A DNA stretch of 64,000 nucleotides, from assembly GCA_963765895.1 (NCBI GenBank), contig CAVXZB010000041.1, positions 32,001 to 96,000 of the forward strand, given 5' to 3'. Both the position numbers and the translations under genes were made by a program. The notes under the pieces were generated by a model. It was not told the DNA's origin. It ran no database searches and worked only from the letters and a program-made list of their open reading frames with translations. The stretch's first letter is position 1, and each line of letters starts with the position of its first letter. Below are positions 58,866 through 64,000 of the stretch, one piece after another. This DNA comes from an uncultured Nitrososphaeraceae archaeon. Its GTDB lineage: Archaea > Thermoproteota > Nitrososphaeria > Nitrososphaerales > Nitrososphaeraceae.

Positions 58866-60173
58866 TTGTTTCTAAATTATGATAGATATATGATAGGAAG
58901 ATCTTATCAACTATTTAAAGGCGCTCTCCACTCGGACAAAACATTTCAGTTATATAAGCAATATTTATGGCATTTTTGTAATTTCATTGGGTTGACAACT
59001 GAGGAGATTGTTTCAAAATATACGGCGGATAATATCAAAGAAGTGATACGATTACAACGTATAGCCGAAGATTATGTCTTGTTCTTACAAGCCAAAATAA
59101 GTAACGGAGAGATTACTGCAGGAACTGGTCATAGCATGATCCCTCCTGTAAAGTTGTTTTGCGAAATGAACGACATTATACTTAATTGGAAAAAAATAAA
59201 CAAACTCTTACCGCATGGTAATGGTAATGTAGCCGATGAGGCATACACAAAGGAACAGATAAAGAAGATGCTAGAACATTCAGACCTGAGAGCCAAGATT
59301 CCTATACTTTTTATGGCATCAAGTGGAATGCGATTGGGCGGTTTTGTTGGTCTTAGGGATGGTGATATACACCCTATCTATGATGAAGTGACAGGCAAAA
59401 AAGTAGTTGCGGCTCATGTAGTTGTTTACAAGGGAACAGATGATGAATATGATACGTTCATCTCGCCTGAGGCTTTCTCTATATACCAAGAATATCGAAA
59501 CCTTCGCGTAAAATTTGGCGAAGTAATAACCAAAAAGAGTCCAATACTATTAAGACGATTTGACATCAGTCCTGATGGCAAGACAGCAAGATTAGATAAT
59601 ACAAAGCCTGTAGCGTTATCGACTGTAACAGGTATAATAAGAAATGTGGCTTACAAAGCTGGTATCAGGGAAATTTCAGAAAATTATAAAGATAGGTATA
59701 ACATCAAAATTGCTCATGGTTTTAGAAAGTTTTTCAATACCACTTTAAGCAGTATTAGAACCAAGGACGGAAGACTAGCAATTGACTTTATCAGAAAGGA
59801 AATGATGATGGGTCATGCTTTAATGAATATACATGCATTGGAACAAAATTACAATAGGGCGGATAGACCAAAGATGCTACTTGAGGATTATCTGAAGGCA
59901 GTATCAGAGCTAACAATATCAGATGAGGAACGTATGAAAGTAGAAGTAAAGAAATTGCAGACTGACATATCCAGTATGAAATCAGTAGAGATAGAATTAT
60001 CAGAAAAAGATAAAGAGATTCAATCTATGAAACAAAAATATGAGGAAATGAGTGTTACACTTCAAAACATTCTAAATGCTATCGGGAGTGTAGAGCAGCC
60101 TAGTAAGAACAAAATAGCCAAGCAGCTAATTATGAAAGGAGAATACAAACCAGATCCCAAATTAATTGTTTAG
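58866..60173 (+). CDS. Tyrosine recombinase/integrase with a C-terminal coiled coil
   Basis: SSGMRLG (R), VYKG (K), AHGFRKFF (HxxR), MMGHA (H) and QNYNR (Y). Confidence 0.92.
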   Translation: MFLNYDRYMIGRSYQLFKGALHSDKTFQLYKQYLWHFCNFIGLTTEEIVSKYTADNIKEVIRLQRIAEDYVLFLQAKISNGEITAGTGHSMIPPVKLFCEMNDIILNWKKINKLLPHGNGNVADEAYTKEQIKKMLEHSDLRAKIPILFMASSGMRLGGFVGLRDGDIHPIYDEVTGKKVVAAHVVVYKGTDDEYDTFISPEAFSIYQEYRNLRVKFGEVITKKSPILLRRFDISPDGKTARLDNTKPVALSTVTGIIRNVAYKAGIREISENYKDRYNIKIAHGFRKFFNTTLSSIRTKDGRLAIDFIRKEMMMGHALMNIHALEQNYNRADRPKMLLEDYLKAVSELTISDEERMKVEVKKLQTDISSMKSVEIELSEKDKEIQSMKQKYEEMSVTLQNILNAIGSVEQPSKNKIAKQLIMKGEYKPDPKLIV

Positions 60174-60761
60174 CAATCAAATGGAAAGGAATCAAACCAA
60201 CTAGAGACCGTGATAAAATGGAAGATGATGCTATTTCACACTTGTCAGATCAACTTGTGACTATAACCGGAAGATTACAAGAACTTGAAAGAAGACAAGT
60301 AACAATATAGACAACTTTACTCGTCTATTCCATTATCGTCTGAGGTCTCACCATTCCGCACTAAAAATCGTAATGCTATATCTATTATGCCCACACTATC
60401 ATCTTTGATTTTGTTTCAATGCATGCGTTGTTGTCTAATCCTACTGTTTTCTAGCATAAATCACACCACAAAACAACATAAGCACCCTCTCTGCTATCAG
60501 TGATACATTCACATAGATTCTTAGGTTATTGCCAAGAAGATCAGTTTATAGGATTTGTAGAGGAGGCTGGCGCAGAAGAGATTAGGGCTTAGCAAAGGAT
60601 TGAGGGTATGCGATTGAGGACTGTGGTTGTTACTTCTATGCTGTTTATAAATAGATATCAATAGTAAAGGTGGCCACGAAGTAATGTCTACTAGAACAAT
60701 CATATCGATAATATCCCCAATATTATTATCGGTAACTGGGTCCTAAAGAGATTAGTTTGGA

Positions 60762-61538
60762 ATGAAAGCAATAGTAAATGTTCTGTTTGTCGTAGTGTTG
60801 GCAGTTATGATGGTAACCGCATCGGCTTTGTTTACTGCGGGTTATACATCTATATCAGTGTTAGCAAAGAAAAAGGCAGATTCAGGTAAGAGTAAGAGTA
60901 GCGATAGCGGTAGTGGCGGCAATGACGGCAGTGATAAAGGCGTATCTTCTGATCAACCTAAGCCAAAACATGAAGAGCCACAGCAGACGGATACTCCGTC
61001 AGATATTGGAACACAGCCACCAACAGGCGACCAACAAACCGATAAGCCAACGGACCAGCAACCAATAGTTACAGATAAACCAATTGCACCAGCGAATGAC
61101 AAACCACAGTGTATGATAGAAAGTTGTGGCCCAATACCAGACAAGGGATGTGCGTTTCACCCTAATTCAGATAGTTGTAAACCAGACTTCGAGGGTAACT
61201 GCCCTTCAGGGTTTGCACATAATGATAAAGGAAATTGTTTTCCAGAAGGGCCATGCCCCCAAGGCTCTAGCAGACATGACGACGACGAGAGCGGCACATG
61301 TTTTCCAATCAATAGGCCGATTCATTGTCCACCAGGGTTCTTTCCAAGAAATGGTGTTTGCAACAAAGACATTTTTATAATTATCCATAACACGATCCAT
61401 AGCAGTAGCAGCGGATCAACTCATGGTTTGAGTAAGGGTTGCTTTGATGCAATAAAGATTGCATGGTTAGGTAAGGTTCACAGAGGACAGAATAGTGAGG
61501 TTGACAACTTCATAGACAACTGTTTAGGAGCTAAGTAA
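60762..61538 (+). CDS. Secreted protein with a low-complexity linker and Cys-rich repeats
   Basis: Signal peptide and CPSGF/CPQGS/CPPGF units. Confidence 0.78.
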   Translation: MKAIVNVLFVVVLAVMMVTASALFTAGYTSISVLAKKKADSGKSKSSDSGSGGNDGSDKGVSSDQPKPKHEEPQQTDTPSDIGTQPPTGDQQTDKPTDQQPIVTDKPIAPANDKPQCMIESCGPIPDKGCAFHPNSDSCKPDFEGNCPSGFAHNDKGNCFPEGPCPQGSSRHDDDESGTCFPINRPIHCPPGFFPRNGVCNKDIFIIIHNTIHSSSSGSTHGLSKGCFDAIKIAWLGKVHRGQNSEVDNFIDNCLGAK

Positions 61539-61963
61539 GTGAGTAAATAATTCGATAAGGCAAGATTTGTCGCGGCTACTGTAGCAGTAACGATAATAGT
61601 AGCAGTATTGGTAATGGTCATTGCAGTATTGTTCCTGCAGTTCTATAGTGATAAGATAAGACAAATAATCATGTTAGCGAAGGATTATTTGAATAGAAGG
61701 CATATACCAATGACGCTGTGGCCTTTGACAACTAAGCCACTTTTGTAATCGCCTGCCAGGTTTTACATCTGGCTTAGTAATCCACAGCGACAAGTAAGCA
61801 AGTTAGTTATCGTATGCATGCACCGGTTAGGGACAACTGATGTCAAAGGCATCGCATACATCGACCTATTATTGCAAGAACTTTACTTTGCTATTATTCC
61901 AACTAAGAATAACTCGTATCAATATTTCTAAATGCAGATATCAATAATCGATACATACGTGAC

Positions 61964-62434
61964 ATGACCGAGTTGAGTCTTGAAGGCCTGTTTGGGATAG
62001 GTGAAGCGATAGGAATTATTGCCACTCTGTTTGTTATATTATACTTTTCAAGAAAGCAAATGCAGAGTCTCTCAGTAGACATCCAAACAAAGGTTCTCAA
62101 TGACTTGGATGAGAAGGTTCACAAGATGGCAGAAATCATAATTGAAAAACCATCGATGCAAAATGTCATATATAAACTTGAAAAGCCGTCAGAAGAGTTA
62201 GCATTTGCGTATTATATCTTGTTTATTTGTTCTCATGCATATTCGATGCGTCAAAGAAAAGTGCTTAATGAAGATGAATGGACAGGATGGTTGCAGTGGA
62301 TGAGAAATTGCTTTAAGTATGGAACTTTGAGTGAACAATGGAAACTAATCCAATCAGAGAGATGGTTCAATCCTGATTTTGAGAATTTCATAAACAAAGA
62401 GGTAGAGCCAAAACCAGAGTCTAAATCGATATAA
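61964..62434 (+). CDS. Hypothetical single-TM helical protein
   Basis: 156-aa ORF with an N-terminal TM segment. Confidence 0.7.
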   Translation: MTELSLEGLFGIGEAIGIIATLFVILYFSRKQMQSLSVDIQTKVLNDLDEKVHKMAEIIIEKPSMQNVIYKLEKPSEELAFAYYILFICSHAYSMRQRKVLNEDEWTGWLQWMRNCFKYGTLSEQWKLIQSERWFNPDFENFINKEVEPKPESKSI

Positions 62435-62694
62435 TCTATTTATTAGTTCTTTGAGAATACGAACTTATGAAAGTCTTGACTAGCAATGACTAGTAAAAGA
62501 TAGAGGAGTTGTCGATTAATTACTATAAAAGCTTATAATCTTTATCCAAAACTATAGTGTTTGATACACATCATCATACTTGCAATACCATATCTGCTGC
62601 TCTGAATGGAGTTATAATCTTCATCCAGTAGGTAGGACAATGTGTAGTTACCACCGATATAGGCCCAAAATCAAGTTAGGATTATTGATCTCGC

Positions 62695-63190
62695 TTACCT
62701 AATATGCATAAATTCTATAGGAAATATGCATCTGACTATTTTACCAAAGCATTCCAAAATAATTGATTCTGGGATAGGAATGTCTTTGTTGATTAATTGT
62801 TGAATTCCTATAGCCCTTTTTAGTCCGTCTACTATAAGCCTTCTATTCGAGTTGTTATCATAGGCAGTAGTAATCTGTACCTGATGGCGCAACAGTGAGG
62901 ATATGGTTTGCACTAGTCATTTCTGGGTAGTTTGGTTGGATGCAATATTCTTGTAAAGTAAATATTTCCGCATCCTCGTCTCCAGGCTGTCTACCTTGTT
63001 TATATCTAGGAATAATAGAATTGTGCATCAATGATTTCCATCTGCCAGAGGAGTTTACATTACATTTTCTTGATTTGGAATAGATCAGAAGGTCTGGGAT
63101 CCAGATCACAGTTATATGATTCTCCACGCCTTGTCCAGATTTGAGGAATTCGCTATTTGAAACGTCGGCCCATGAACAATCTAAGCTCAT
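62695..63190 (-). pseudogene. Fragmented hypothetical gene
   Basis: Two overlapping minus-strand ORFs directly downstream of 63359-63898. Confidence 0.35.
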
Positions 63191-63358
63191 GTAGTTATGC
63201 TTACTTGCCGCTTAGGATTATATATGTCACCAAAGAGAGCACTGAATCCAAATCAGAATATTTTATAAAGTTCTGTAAGAGATCCACATATGCTTTTCTA
63301 TGCTATCTTTTGAAAAGAAAAATTGAAAGTAAAAGGTCAAACAGTGAAATGAAAACGG

Positions 63359-63898
63359 CTAATAAAACCTTAATTCTTCCAATTTTATCTTGTCTTTAAT
63401 ATTCATAAAATAATCCACGATTTTATCCCTATTGTTTCGTTGTAATTTTTCAAACTTGGCCACATCATCAAATGTCTCTTTATCGGATAATACATAATCA
63501 AGTCCTTGTTCCAGTATCATGTTTAACATTTCTCGATTTGTTAACGCTTCATAAAGGTCTTGCTTATTTTTTATTTGAACAGATGAAATATCTTTTCTAG
63601 CCACGGCTAAGGAAATTTCTACTGTAAAAGCCATATTAGCCAATTCATATAAATCTTCAACATTAAACCTTGCATCAGATTTCTTTCCTTTCTCATAAGG
63701 ACATTCAAATCTGTTTACTACACAGCAAGGATATTGTATAGGAGTATTTTTATTATCGTCCTCATCCTTTTCTAATCCTTTGGTGACTAATCTATTGATC
63801 CCGATAAATATTGGGTCGTCTTCATCAGGACTCAACAAGCAATGAAAACACTTTGTCCTACCATAATTGGGGTTTCTTCTAACTTCCATCAAGTCCAA
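63359..63898 (-). CDS. Hypothetical protein with Cys clusters (may extend beyond the window end)
   Basis: 179-aa ORF with CFHC and CC..C motifs. Confidence 0.6.
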   Translation of the reverse strand: MDLMEVRRNPNYGRTKCFHCLLSPDEDDPIFIGINRLVTKGLEKDEDDNKNTPIQYPCCVVNRFECPYEKGKKSDARFNVEDLYELANMAFTVEISLAVARKDISSVQIKNKQDLYEALTNREMLNMILEQGLDYVLSDKETFDDVAKFEKLQRNNRDKIVDYFMNIKDKIKLEELRFY

Positions 63899-64000
63899 AT
63901 AATCAGAATACCATTTCCTTGTTCGGTTATCGCCATCTTTTAGTTCACTTTCTGTTGGAGAGGTCTGAAATCTATCAAAATCATCAGGAAAATATTCTAG

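Overview
AT-rich accessory region (mid-30s % GC by eye). It is most likely from a soil ammonia-oxidising archaeon (Nitrososphaeraceae), inferred from the gene families, the ISH1/IS6-type IS elements, the integrase type and the TATA-style promoters. I found no rRNA, tRNA or CRISPR. The window is a mosaic of intact, frameshifted and decayed genes. These include six peptidase families (M1, S53, C1A, neprosin/G3, zincin-like, S10), a tyrosinase, a LodA/GoxA remnant, surface proteins, seven IS copies or fragments (IS5/ISH1, IS6, IS481) and a tyrosine recombinase. Two signals stand out. (1) A palindrome with consensus AATTTTTCGGCGCCGAAAAATT occurs 10-11 times, always between genes and mostly 90-510 bp upstream of a start codon. 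The same window carries three orphan ParB/Spo0J-type CTPase genes with no parA, which suggests an archaeal ParB-parS-like or KorB-like system. (2) A large hypothetical gene (20962-23317), once its frameshifts are repaired, shows the LodA/GoxA motif series including P-aromatic-x-x-D-x-x-x-C...WP-x-x-x-PD. It overlaps a LodB-like flavoprotein gene, so the pair is a candidate divergent CTQ quinoprotein system.
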